A stretch of 64,000 bases of DNA from Elsinoe ampelina (Eukaryota), in the NCBI GenBank assembly GCA_010093995.1, contig ML992501.1:830945-894944 (forward strand), read 5' to 3'. Positions 1 to 12,271 of the stretch are shown in pieces. The notes below the pieces were generated by a model. That model worked only from the letters and a program-made list of their open reading frames with translations. It was not told the origin of the DNA and searched no databases. Each line of letters starts with the position of its first letter. Positions within the stretch are counted from its first letter, which is position 1. Made by a program: the position numbers and the translations under genes.

Positions 1-185
1 ACTACTAACTATAGTAGTTAGAAGGTAATTAATAGACTCTAGGCTTAGATAGCTTATAACTTTATACTAAGATTAATTAGTCCTTATAGTAACTATAGTA
101 AATACTAATAGTAGATAATTATTATTATTCCTTAATAGTTAATACTATAGTAGTAACATTAGGAGCTTTAGAGTTATTCTTAAGA
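1..185 (-). mobile_element. Continuation of the interrupted Copia element (GAG-pre-integrase region); extends beyond window start
   Basis: Minus strand ~22-72 reads *YKVISYLSLESINYL, the RIP form of WHKVMGHPSPESIDHL. This is the motif expected downstream of the Copia protease. Confidence 0.75.
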
Positions 186-190
186 ATATA

Positions 191-377
191 TATAAGGGCT
201 TAGTATTAGAGTGGCACTTAGTAGCGGCTAGTCCCGCTTACGTAACGTACTTAAATATCCTACGTAGCGCTTACGCCTAGGGCTTAATAGTAATTAGTTC
301 TACTACTAATAGACTATTTAGTTAGATAGGTATTCTCTATATTACGATATATATAGCTTTAATATAAGGCTTTAACA
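191..377 (+). repeat. 5' LTR of Gypsy element
   Basis: Starts TA (RIP-mutated TG) and ends CA. Differs from 6694-6880 at 9 positions, all transitions. Confidence 0.96.
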
Positions 378-466
378 GTTCTAATTACTCCCCTATAGTC
401 GTAATCTATTAGACTCTATAGACAACTAGAACTCTATTAGCAAGGCGCCTATACCTTGCATAAACA

Positions 467-3400
467 ATGTTATAGAGATAGACTCTATTAAGTAGACTTC
501 TCTAGAGGAAGAAGAAACTCTCGCGGAGTAGCTACTACACCTACGCGCTAAGTATAAGCGTTTAGAGCTAGAGCTTAAGGCTTAGAGCCTCGAGGAAGAG
601 ATTAAGTAAATATACTATATACACGATATAGAATACTACTAAGAAGGCTTCGACTATAGCTCGCGTGCTTCTACCGAGCCTATAGTAAGTAACGCTAGCA
701 CGTAAAGTATATATAGTAGTAGTAGACTATTTATAAGACTATCCTCTAGATAACCTTAACTAAGGGAACCTTATCTCTATTAGGGTAAGACTCTAAAAGA
801 GGCAAGATTCTTCCTAAAGAATCTCGAGGTTATCTTTACTCTAGCCTCTAAGGCTTACTCTACTAACTAGTAGAAGGTGCTATATAGAGTTATATTTCTT
901 ATAGGCGAGCTAGATAAGACGTAGTACTACTACTATTACGTAGATAGCCTAGAAGACTATATATAGGAGCAATTCTACTAGTTCGTATAGGACGTAGTTA
1001 ATAACTCTATTAACTATAGAGTGTATATAACTCTTATATACGAGGGTACCTAACAACGTAAGGGCTAATCTATCTAGGCCTTTACCTCGGAGCTTACTAC
1101 CCTCGAGGAGTAACTAGCTCTCTACTCTAAGGAGTAGAGAGTATACTACCTCCTTACTAAGCTATAGCCTACACTACGTACTACTATTATTAAACACTAT
1201 ACTATTCTAGCTATACGCTAGAAGTTAGTCTCTTTAGACTTATATATTAAGTCTATAGACTATACTAGTAGTAAGCGCGCTATATAAGAAGATAAAAGTA
1301 ACTACCTATATAAGTGTAGTAGTCGTAGTAGCCTCTAAGAAGAATACTACTACTAGTCCGGTAGTAGCTCTTAAGCTTACTATAAGTACGAAGCTACTAA
1401 CTTACCTACTAAATAGTTTAGTAGGTAGAGAGGTTTCTCCGACGAGTAAAAGAAGAATACTAAGTGCTATAGCTATAGTAAAACTAGTTATATTAAGCTA
1501 GAGTGTAGGTCGAGGCACTTATAGAGAAACTATAAGTCGTAGGCGGTACGCTAGGTTACTACCGGAGACAAGGTTAATAACCCTAAGCTAGTAAACTCTA
1601 AGAGCTTAGCTAGGAAGCACAACTAAGCTCTTCTTCTCTTCCTATCGACGCTTACCTATCGCTGCCCTATTATAGCACTATTATAGCGCCTATAGAGCGT
1701 AAAGACTACACGTTCCTTATAGACAATTATATAGAAGTTAATCTTATATCTTAGGCATTTACTCTTCGTCACGATTTGCTAAGGGTTAAGCACGCTTAGT
1801 ATCTAAGTATATCTTCCTTTATAGAGTAAGCCGGATTCTACTATAGTACGTACTAGCTTCGCGTATGTCTAGTAGACTCCTATAGTAACCTTAGGGAGAT
1901 AATCGACCTCTTCTACGCTATAGACTTAGGACTAGGCCCTCTAGTTATCTTAGGGCGCCTATAGCGAAGAAGATAATACGTAATTATAGATAGCACTATA
2001 GACAACTAGTCGTATAGCTGCTTCTTATATATAGTTTACTTACGCAAACTAGAAGACTTTATAAAGGACCTTAAGAATAAGCCGAGAGTATATACTATAG
2101 TATAGACTCTGTCTAAGGAGAGTACTTACGCTATAGGCGACCTAGCTCTTCCGCTAGAGTTTATAAAGTTCTTTAATATCTTTATATATAAGAATATTAC
2201 TAACCTACTATACCTACTAGGCGTAGAGTATGTAATTAAGCTAGAGCTAGGCAAGAGACCTCTATTCTAGCCCTTATATAATCTCTCGGTTAAGGAGCTT
2301 AAAGTGCTTAAGGACTATCTCGAGACTACTTAATTAAATAAGTAAATTAGGCACTCTATAAGCGAGGTAGGTACTTCTATCCTATTCGTGCCTAAGAAAG
2401 ACAGTAGTCTACGCTTATATATAGATTATTAGGGCTTAAACGAGGTAACTATTAAGAATTACTACTCGCTTCTACTTATTAGCGAGACGCTTAATTAGCT
2501 TAGGTAAGCCTAGTAGTTTTCGAAGTTAAATCTAAAGGATGCCTACTATAGAATCCCTATTAAGTATAGCGACAAGTAGAAGACTACGTTTCGTATATAC
2601 TATAGCTATTTTAAGTACTTAGTTATACCTTTTAGATTAACTAATGCTCTAGCTACCTTCTAAGCGTATATTAATAAGGCGCTAGGTAGGCTAGTTAACA
2701 CTATCTATGTCGTCTACCTCGATAATATTCTTATCTATAGCAATTCGAGGGAGAACTATATATGTTATATATATAAGATTCTAGTAAGGCTATAGAAGTT
2801 TACTTTATATACTAACCTTAAGAAATGTAAATTCTTTACTAAGGAGGTAGAATTCCTTAGCTATATTATCTCTACTATAGGCGTCTTAATAGATCCTAGT
2901 AGAGTAACTATAATTAAGAATTAGCTAAGGCCGAAGAGTTATTATAAGGTCTAGTAGTTTACTAGCTTTATAAACTTCTATTATTACTTTGTGTAGTACT
3001 ACTCTAAGATTATTGTCTCTCTCTCTAGTCTTCTTAAAGGCTTAGTTAAAGGTCGTAAGTATAGCTCTTTTATATAGGGCGTAAGCGAATAGTAGGCGTT
3101 TAAGGACATTAGAGACGCCTTTACACGTGCCTCTATTCTCCGTTACTACGATCCTACGCTACCCCTACGTATCGAAAGTAATATATTAAAGTTTATAGCA
3201 GTAGCGATCCTATTTTAACTATTTAATAGTACTTAGCACCTAATTGCCTTTTAGTCGAGGAAGTTTATTCTAGCTAAGTATAATTACGAGATATATAACT
3301 AAGAGCTATTAGCAATCGTATATGTATTTAAGTAATAGTAATACTACCTCGAAGGTGCCTTATATACGATTTAAGTACTTACTAACTATAATAATCTCCG

Positions 3401-5285
3401 AGGATTTATAAAGCTAAAATAGCTAAATAGCTAATAAGCTTACTAGGCTACCTTCCTTACTACTTTTAACTTTATAATAGAGCATTAGCTAGGTATAAGA
3501 AACCTAGCCGATACGCCCTCGAGGCGCCCTAACTATATAGCGGAAAAGCAAGAGGTATTATATCTCCTTTCTACTCTTTAGAATAAGCTTTGTATATAGG
3601 ACTAGACTACTAATATTAAGGAAGCTACTCCGCTTATTAGACATATCTACGCCACATATAAGGCTACTCTAGGACAGGCCTAGGCTACCTATACGCTATA
3701 TAGTAGCGACTTCTCTTCTAAGAACTTCTAGGGGCTTATAATAACCTAGCGAGTTATAGTTATAGCAACTATAAGAGAGAATCCCTTTAAAGATCTATCT
3801 ACTAACCTAATGTTAGTAGTAGAGCTACTATAGAGATAAGACCCTAAGATTATAAAGCTACGTTTATAAGCGGGGAGTAGTAGAGACAAGAGTAGAGCGC
3901 TATAGAATATATAAGATAATCTTCTCTTCTATAAAGAGTCGCTAGTTATTCCGAATAATAGTACACTTAAGGCGTAGGTACTATATATACACTATAATAG
4001 CGAATAGGCTAGTTACTTTAGTAAGGATAAGACACTTAAACTTCTCTTACGGAAGTACTTCTAGGCAACTATAAGGAAAGATATTAATAACTACATATAG
4101 TTATACTAAGTATGCTAGAAATATAAGGCGCACTACTATTGCCTCTATAGCGAGCTACGTACGCTACCGATACTAGACTACCTATAGTAAGAAATTATAA
4201 TAGATTTTATTACTAACCTACTACTAAGTAAGCGAGGTAGTAGCGTCTATAATACAGTGCTAGTGATTGTAGACTATTACACTAAGATGTTACTATATAT
4301 CTCTACTACTAAGAAGTACACGTCTATAGAGCTAGTAGAGATCCTACGTAACTACGTTATTCGCTATTATAGTGTCCTAAGAGGAATAGTAAGCGATCGA
4401 GGATTAGTCTTTACTAGCTAGTTCTAGAGTGAATTCTATTACGAAACGTGTATAAAGCGCAGGCTTAGTATAGCCTTTTACCCGTAGATAGATAGCTAAA
4501 CTAAGTAGCAAAACTAGATATTAGAATAGTACCTAAGGTGCTACTATATAGAGCTATAGAACGACTAGGCCGAACGTCTATTACAAGCGGAATTTATAAG
4601 CAATAATAGCGTTTATACTACGCTATATATAAGCCTCTTCTAAATAATATATAGCTACTATCTAGAGTTAGAGGTAATAGCTATTAAGTCTTAGAACAAG
4701 ACTTTAGAGGGAAGAGTACTAGTAGTAGCGGAGTTAGTATAACACTTATAAGATATATACGCGAAGCTAGTAGAGTAATAGAAAGAGGCTTCCGCCTACT
4801 AGGCTAAGTACTATAATAGGAAGCATATGCTAAGGGTATATAGCGTAGGTAACTTAGTGCTACTCTTAGCTAAGAACTTATAGCTACCTATACTAAAGAA
4901 GAAGATAGAACTATAATTCCTTAGCCTATTCTATATACTTAATATAATTAAATCGTAGGTGTATTGCCTAGCTTTGCCGAGTTAGTATTACATCTATAAT
5001 GTCTTTTATATATCTCTTCTCGAACTATAGATAGATAGAGCTAGTAAGGAGCTAGAAGAGAGTATACCTCTCGCTAACGAAGTAGATAAGTAGATAGTAG
5101 AGAAGATCCTAGGCAGGAGAACTATAAAGGGTAAGGTATTCTACTTAGTAAAGTAAAAGGACTAGCCTATTAAGTTTAATAGCTAGAAACTTAAAGAGAA
5201 TTACGTAAATATAAGAGAGCTAATCGCTATATACAAGTTATAGCCGAGAGTAGCTAAGAAAGGTCGCTAGAGGCGCGGATTATAG
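467..5285 (+). pseudogene. RIP-degraded gag-pol (gag, PR, RT, RH, IN, chromodomain)
   Basis: Recognisable motifs interrupted by many TAA/TAG stops derived from CAA/CAG/TGG. Ends are approximate. Confidence 0.9.
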
Positions 5286-5483
5286 AGTATATAAGTAGAT
5301 AGATTATATAAATACATAAATAGGGCAAAGAGTAGACTCCTTGTCTAGGGAAATACATTTTAATAAAGTACTACGCTTACGCTACTATTGTAGGTATTAA
5401 CCTAAACTCTATACTCTATTATGTTCTATATAAGGCCTTATTATAGGTATAGCACTAGAGATACGCACCTAGCTTATATACGC

Positions 5484-6320
5484 CTACTTATTCTTATTAC
5501 TATCCCCGTCTACCTCTATACTAAGATTCTCTCCTACGGGTGCTATAGGGGCTATAAGCTGCCTACTAGCTATAATATAGTTAATTTCGGCAGTGGAACT
5601 ACTAGAGTTACGTACTATCTAAACCTATTAGCTATATTTATAATGTATAAGGAGCGTAGTCTAGCTTACCTCCTTACCGATAGTAATTAAGCTATAAAGG
5701 CTATACCTAATCTTCTATAGCTTCTTAACCTTCTTACGCTCGAGTATAACACTACTAAGCAAGCCACCTATAGGCCCTATATAAGGAGTTAAGACCTCGC
5801 TAACGACCTTGTTCTTATTAGTGTAGTATACCTTAAGTATAGTCTTAAACTTCTTAACCTCGAGGACGTTCTTATAGGCTATAGTATATATATACTTCTC
5901 GGCCGTAGTAATGCCGGCCTAGTCGGGGGCCTTAAGCTTAGTAACTACGTTAAAGGCGTTAACGTATGTATTACGTAGGATAGATAGGAGCGGCTTGTAT
6001 ATATACTTACTATAAGCGTAGTATTTACACTTATAATAGAAGAAAATACTAAAGTTGCCTCTAGTATAGACACGACCTATTACAAATTAGTTATGTCCCT
6101 TATAAGAGCTCTATTAGCTTACCCTCGGCAACGCTATTAGTGTACCTAGTATAGGTATTAACCTCCTCCTTAAGAAGTAAGAGAGTTATAGAGTTAGCGC
6201 TAGTAGTAATAGCTCCCTAGGCGCTAGTAGACCTTACGCTACAAGTGTTAGCTATAGAGGGGCTAGAGTTAGATAATATAATAGTTATAGGTAGTACGCT
6301 TATATAGTAAGAAGTTAATA
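5484..6320 (-). pseudogene. RIP-degraded, spliced antisense accessory gene inside the Gypsy element; Zn-cluster-like protein
   Basis: Minus-strand introns at 6077-6122 (GTAAGC..ACTAAT..TAG) and 5619-5669 (GTAAGC..GCTAAT..TAG), plus a probable third at 6239-6303 (RIP'd donor..GCTAAC..TAG). The spliced frame is continuous apart from RIP-type TAG stops. 5' end approximate. Confidence 0.7.
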
Positions 6321-6693
6321 AAATATAGATGTATTTTAGGTAAAAAAGGAAAATATAAGGGGGAACAACAAGATTATATAGACTAACCTCTAGTACACTA
6401 TATCTTTGTTATAGCCGCTAGTATAAAACGTATATCTTCTACGATACTACTAGGAATTCTAAGAAAAGTAATATTGTTACTACCGATTCGCTTTAGCGCT
6501 ATAGTAACTAGATAAACGCCCCTCTAGGAACTAGATTCCTAGGACTACTACTACTAGACATTATATAAGACATATACTAGACCTTCGTAAAAATGCCTTA
6601 ACTATCTTATATCTATATTACTTCCGAATAACACTATATATTACACACTTCTAGTCGAGAGCTAAGGATAGCTCTCCTAGAGGAGAAGGCAAT

Positions 6694-6880
6694 TATAAGA
6701 GCTTAGTATTAGAGTGGCACTTAGTAGCGGCTAGTCCCGCTTACGTAACGTACTTAAATATCCTACGCGGCGCTTACGCCTAGAGCTTAATAGTAATTAG
6801 TTCTACTACTAATAGACTATTTAGTTAGATAGGCGTTCTCTATATTACGACATACGTAGCTTTAATATAAGGCTTTAACA
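6694..6880 (+). repeat. 3' LTR of Gypsy element
   Basis: Direct repeat of 191-377, preceded by the polypurine tract and followed by TSD ATATA. Confidence 0.96.
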
Positions 6881-6885
6881 ATATA

Positions 6886-8551
6886 TTAGTTATACTTTAA
6901 TATAACTAAGAAGAGTATTTTTCCTTTATAGCTAATCTCTATAGTTTAAGTATTTTAGTAGACTCTACTATTAATAAACCTCCTAAGGCTAACTAGATTA
7001 GTTATAATTAATAGTATATAGGCTACTTTTATAAGATAGATAGTTATAAACTTTCCTTTATAAAGAGCTATAATATTAATAGTTCTCTAACTCTTAATAC
7101 TAAGTAAGGTATTACTATAGAATAGCTTCTTATAAAGTTCTATAATTCTAGTAACCTTATATCTATCCTTTATAGTATAATTATAGATATAATTAGTTAC
7201 TCTAGAATCTAGTATCTATAAGCTTAAGATATTAGTAGTAGCTAAGATAAATACTAAGTGTAATCTAATAGTAATAGCTATATTAATTAACACTAGTAGA
7301 GTTAACTCCTTTTAATATTATACTTCCTTAGTAATAGAAGTCTTAATTCTCTCTTTAAGAGTCTTATTATTTAGCTTTTGTTTAACCTCCTTTATAGTCT
7401 ACTAGTTTAGTGTCTATCCTTCTAGCCTTAGATACTTATTTAAGTAATAGTACTTAATCTACTTATACTAGCCTTAGTATATATATTTAGGCTCTCTAGA
7501 GAGACTAGGTTTCTTATAAAGAATATTCTTAGTAGCTATAGAGAAAGCTATAGCTCCCTTACTAGCCTTTATAGTACTATATAGCTTATAGAGTTTATAA
7601 AACTGTTTAAACTTAGTAATTAGTTTAAGCATAGTTAGTAGAGTTAGTAAATCTAGATTAATAAGGTACTTGTTAGTAAATACTAGTTTAGCCTTTAAGA
7701 TAGAGAGTAAGAAGTCTCTCTATAGCCTTAAGCCTTAAGCTTCTAGTAGATTATAGTTCCTAGCCTTATCTATAACCTCTTCCTATTACTAAAGCTAATA
7801 GTCTATATTCTATAAGGAAGAGTTAGATAGCTACTTCCTCTAGAGTGCTTTAACCTTAAGCTAAATAGCTATATTAGATAGAGTAAATCTATTCTTTAAT
7901 ACTCTAAGAATAGCCTATAGATAAGGATCTCCTTCTAGTTAGATAATAGTAAGAACTTATAGTACAATTAATAACTAAATAAGGCTAGCTAAATTAGCTA
8001 AGGCCTTATACTATTTATTATATTATACTTATTTCTCCTTATATATCTAGAAGAGTACTAAAAAGTTAGTATTTACTACCTCTAGCCTTTAAGGCTTAGG
8101 AAGCCCTTCTAGTTTAATAATCTTCTAGGGATTAATAAGGTCCTATATCTTAGTATTTAATACTCTTATCTTAATAATATATAGCTAGCTAGCCTATTTA
8201 GCTAATGTAGTAAGAATAATAGGTGTTTTAGCTATTAAGGTATTAGTATCTATAGTTATTTATTTCCTTGTTAATACCTAAATCCTATAGTTATAGTTAA
8301 GGTAGTTCTTAATAGATTCTAATACTTAAAAAGTAAGATAGTAGAGAATTAACTAATAAATAGAGTAGGAAAGTAACTAAGTAATATACTTATATAGAGG
8401 TAGTTATACCGGGCTTATAACTATTAACTTATGTAGGGGAGGAAAAAAGGATTAATTACTACCTAAACTACTAAAATAAGGTAGATTATAACTATATAAA
8501 TACTTAACCTAGTATACTAAAAGATAGCTAAATTAAAAGAACTCCTTAATA
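6886..8551 (-). mobile_element. Ty1/Copia LTR retrotransposon, 5' part (LTR, PBS, gag, protease), RIP-degraded
   Basis: Minus strand: PBS GTTATAAGCCC (RIP'd GTTATGAGCCC) at 8411-8421; gag N-terminus ILTT..*..*L.IIK....I*DLINP ~8130-8220; Copia-type knuckle KYIY*G*YK*IKYYYLN..LR (C.C...H.W..C.YL) ~7425-7492; protease *ILDSRVTN (WILDSGA) ~7190-7220. Confidence 0.85.
8422..8551 (-). repeat. Probable 5' LTR of Copia element
   Basis: Abuts the PBS; termini TATTAA...TTAATA fit RIP'd TGTTGA...TCAACA. The partner LTR is outside the window, so the outer end is uncertain. Confidence 0.5.
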
Positions 8552-8925
8552 GTAGCAGATTAAGACAATAATTATCCAATTTGATCATAGATTAGTAAAA
8601 TAGTAAGATAGTGTTTAGTTCAACCTTGGGATGAACTGAATCAGGGTCTTCTTGGCGCTCCAGCTTATGCCTCGGTTGACAGGAAGGTTGGAGAGCTGGT
8701 TTCCCAAAGCAGCTGACAAAGCCATGGCTGTTTTTGGATTCTCATCCGCATCACGACCGTCATACTTTCTGTCAACCGTCAAAAGTCCCTCCACAGCCAG
8801 ATTGATTACACTGAGGGCGATTGACCTGCTAGCGTGGACTGCTAATAGTTTTTGCGTCAGGAAGAGCCACTCCTTTCTTTAGTTGCAGAACGTACCACCC
8901 AGGACGCATGCGCATCGTCGAGACC

Positions 8926-10227
8926 ATGTCCACCACCAAAACGCCTACAGACCGATTTTCATACGTTGGAGGCCTGTTCTCGGAAACTGCTACCCGCGAT
9001 TATTTCGAGGCTCAATACGTCGATTGGGATCAGAGAAAAGTATACGTCGTGTTTGGGGCGCAGCCCGCGGGAACGATTCGTAACGACCATGATGGCGCAT
9101 TTGACTGGAATCTTGCGATCATTGAGGAACTCTTCGCCACTGTCGAGTCTATCCCGTCCCAAGCTTGGTCTCTCGAGCTCGGGGAAGGCTTCCGACTTGT
9201 CTCTACCGATAGACTACCTCCAAGCGGTGACTTCCGATGCGCCCCGTATCATCCCCATCTGAGCGATAGCCGCATGCTATCGAACGCTCGCACAGTGACA
9301 AGGGCACACCTGGTCGAGGACGAAAGGCTGGGTTGGCGGGTGGATAAATGCCACTACATAACAGAGTCTATGATCCGTAAAGACGTCATCTTCAAGTATG
9401 ATTTCATCCCAACATCGCTGCCGAACTCATGGGACGAAATCCACACGCACTACCAGCTTTCAGGACACCCCCTCATAGTTAGCTTCGATAGGGTCGTTGT
9501 TGACGAGGTGGAGGGCCGTATAGTTGGCTTCACGACAGAATTCATTCCTGGTGGCGCTCTGGACAGTATGGTATCGCCGCAATTCACACTACGGCACTTT
9601 CAGCAGCTCACAGACGTCATCGACGATCTGAATATTGGATACCGTGTCCAGCACTGCGATGTGCACCCAAGAAACATCCTCTTGGATTTAGCGAGCGATT
9701 CGATCAGATTGCTTGATTTCAACTACGCCGAAAGGATCGATGTCAATCCTCGGTCAGATCGCAACGATGAAGCCGGGGTAGCGTTCACCTTGTATGAGCT
9801 TGCAACTCATGACTATGAGTTGAGAGGCAGGCATGCCCAGTATCCCTCAGTACAAGCCATCTTGAACAAGACAGACTGGCCCCTGCATAGTGAATCCTGT
9901 ATTCGGGGCGATATCGCCGGATTTCGGCGACACCTCGATCACTGGTTGCGACTCAGAACGGAGCCCGAGCCTCAGATCACGACCTCTTACACGAAAATAC
10001 AAGATCTACCTCCCCTTCCACTCGCACCTCGGATTCCTTCCTACGATGAGACCGGCAGTCCGACTGAACCTCTCCACGGCTGGGGCATCATGGAGCAACT
10101 CAAAGACAGCGGTGAGTACTTTGTAAAATGGGAACGCCTTTCTAGAAGTGAGCTGGCTTCTCAAACAGCATACCTATCGAACGGCGACCCACTACATGGG
10201 ACACTTCCGTGCGTACAAGATTCATAA
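8926..10227 (+). CDS. Atypical fungal protein kinase, paralogue 1 (alternative ATG at 8908)
   Basis: Single exon; VIFKY Lys, W.E helix C, HCDVHPRNILL, LLDFN, FTLYEL; N-terminal DWDQR motif shared with three paralogues. Confidence 0.88.
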   Translation: MSTTKTPTDRFSYVGGLFSETATRDYFEAQYVDWDQRKVYVVFGAQPAGTIRNDHDGAFDWNLAIIEELFATVESIPSQAWSLELGEGFRLVSTDRLPPSGDFRCAPYHPHLSDSRMLSNARTVTRAHLVEDERLGWRVDKCHYITESMIRKDVIFKYDFIPTSLPNSWDEIHTHYQLSGHPLIVSFDRVVVDEVEGRIVGFTTEFIPGGALDSMVSPQFTLRHFQQLTDVIDDLNIGYRVQHCDVHPRNILLDLASDSIRLLDFNYAERIDVNPRSDRNDEAGVAFTLYELATHDYELRGRHAQYPSVQAILNKTDWPLHSESCIRGDIAGFRRHLDHWLRLRTEPEPQITTSYTKIQDLPPLPLAPRIPSYDETGSPTEPLHGWGIMEQLKDSGEYFVKWERLSRSELASQTAYLSNGDPLHGTLPCVQDS

Positions 10228-10878
10228 CCATCTATATCATGTTGCGGCTGCGGGAGACTCCGAATTTATGAAGAAGGGCAGCTCCCTCCATATGGCTCTT
10301 CGAAAGGTCGCTTTGTCATTGAGCCCAGAGCTTGATGAAGCGATGCAGAAGACAAAGACGCTGAACACCTCTACACAAATATCGCAATATTGGATACATC
10401 GGTCATTGAAGACAATGGCTCAGCTCGGGCCACGAGCACCATGCCAGTGACGTTACTTAACACCAAGGATGAAGAGGATGACTCTGAAGATGATTCATCG
10501 ACAGGATGAGCCTGGTCGACGACAGCGACAGTTCGAGCCACATCGCGAGAGTCGCAACTCCCTATCGATAGCGAGTGCCGGATCAATGCCTGGCACGGAC
10601 CACACGGATGTCACGTCTTAGTCCCAACGAGTGAAAGTGCTCGTCAGCGATCAGGCAACGGTCGAAAAGAACGCTTCTGTCATAGACGACACGGCCAACA
10701 AATACAGCACTAGTCCACGTAGCAGGATGCGATTGTCGAGGAACATTCGTTCCGTGTCATTAATCATCGGAATACCATTCCCAGCAATCACGAAGCCGTT
10801 GGGAAGAGAAACGAGCATCTCACGACGTAATGAGGGAACGCAATGGCGATCAAGGCTGGACCTGCGACGATTGAGGCG

Positions 10879-12135
10879 CAGCAGGTTGTGAAATAGTGAA
10901 GATGGGGAAAGACAATGCACGAAGAGTAAGCGGGAAGGGCATGCAATGGACAATGGTCAGGCTCGGCAACGCTATGCGGTACTTCCGCAGGATTTGAATA
11001 TCTGGTTCGATGCTAGAATTTCGCGAGTCTGGGACAAGTCTGCAGGGATGACGCCGAGGATGTTCTGAGTAATGCAGCACAGCGTTATTGATCAAGAAGG
11101 AGTGTATCACGTCACTTTCATGTCGTCTCCTTTGCCCCACCTGTCATTTCCCCAAACGTGTGGGGCCGATCATCCTGAAATTCCTCTTCTCCTGCTGTCA
11201 AAGCTGCATCAGATATCTTCGAGGAAATGTTCTGACTTTACTTCTCACACAGAAGCTCTCTTCATACAGCAAGTCTTTCCACAATACAATTACATGGAAG
11301 CCGGCAGTACTTGCAGTGCCCACTAGAGCACGGCTCTTGTCGGCGTGTAGGTTCCTTTGAAGAGCCCTGACCAAGGTGAAGATCTCCACGTTTCCGGTGT
11401 CGTGCTTGAAACACAAGACGACAAGAAGCCAGCATTCCCCGAGCTGGATCACGACGACGATGGCAACGCTGCCCAATGCTCAAATTCCGCGGTCCCTGGT
11501 GCCCCCTGCTCCGTCTCCCTCGCCATTGTTCCCAACCCGCCGACTCGGCGGAGGACAATTGGTTGGCGTGTCTGGCTCTATGGCAAGCTCATAGAAGCAG
11601 CAGAATTCCGTCAGGTAATCAGCTACGTCAAGGAAGACTCAACGACCAAGGGAGGAGCATGCGTACAAAACATGTTCTCCCACGTCGCTGCATTTGGTAG
11701 CCGTTTCGAATGCTTGCGAGGACGAGAAACTGATATCTGGAGCGGACGAGCCGACGATCAAGCTGGCGAAGGAAGATTGCAAAGAGATTTCGGACACTTT
11801 GTATTGGAGTTCACGAGGCCAAGATTTAACGTCAGACCGTCAAATCCCCCGCAAGGTTGTTAGGAAGGTCTTCATACATGTGGCTGACGACCATTAGATT
11901 CGACGAAACGATACCTCAAGCGCCAGTCCCTACAAGACCCGTCGACCAGATTGACCCGGAATATGCCTTCACCTTACACGACGGCAGCGAGGATGTCATG
12001 ATCGAGGAGAAGGATACCAGGAGTCATCGAGTGAACTCGTCTCTGCTCGCGGGGCAGGAGGTCAAGACAGAGCGAGCAAACGGAGAATCTACCAGGCTGG
12101 AGAAGAACTTGGTTTTGGGTTGGAGCCGAAGTTAG
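10879..12135 (+). pseudogene. Possible degraded gene with BTB/POZ-like remnants
   Basis: Fragments in different frames (LGNAMRYFRRI*..EFRESGT, DDAEDVL, LLLSKLHQIS) resemble fungal BTB domains. No intact model; weak call. Confidence 0.25.
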
Positions 12136-12271
12136 AACAAGAGCTAGGGTTGGGAATGCTCAAGCGCCTGAACGACGACCCTGCATAAGACAAGTGCGAT
12201 AGAAACACGACCATGATGACATGTGCTCTCCCAACACACTATATCCATGAAACGCAAGCGCGCACAAGTCA

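Larger units (their letters stand above)
191..6880 (+). mobile_element. Full-length Ty3/Gypsy chromovirus LTR retrotransposon, inactivated by RIP
   Basis: Two 187-bp direct LTRs with a 5-bp TSD ATATA (186-190, 6881-6885). RIP-altered domains occur in Gypsy order: gag CCHC knuckle ~1462-1506, protease FLIDN ~1713, RT VYLDNILIY ~2712, RNase H NYEIYN*ELLAIV ~3280, integrase IDFITNL ~4200 / GIVSDRG ~4383 / AFYP*IDS*T ~4474, chromodomain IVEKIL..YLVK*K ~5095-5190. Purine tract AGAGGAGAAGG at 6679-6689. Confidence 0.96.

Noticed and set aside
5421..5690. 89-aa plus-strand ORF in the ORF track
   Set aside because: Tyr/Ile/Leu-rich chance ORF in RIP'd DNA; it is the shadow of the minus-strand relic gene.
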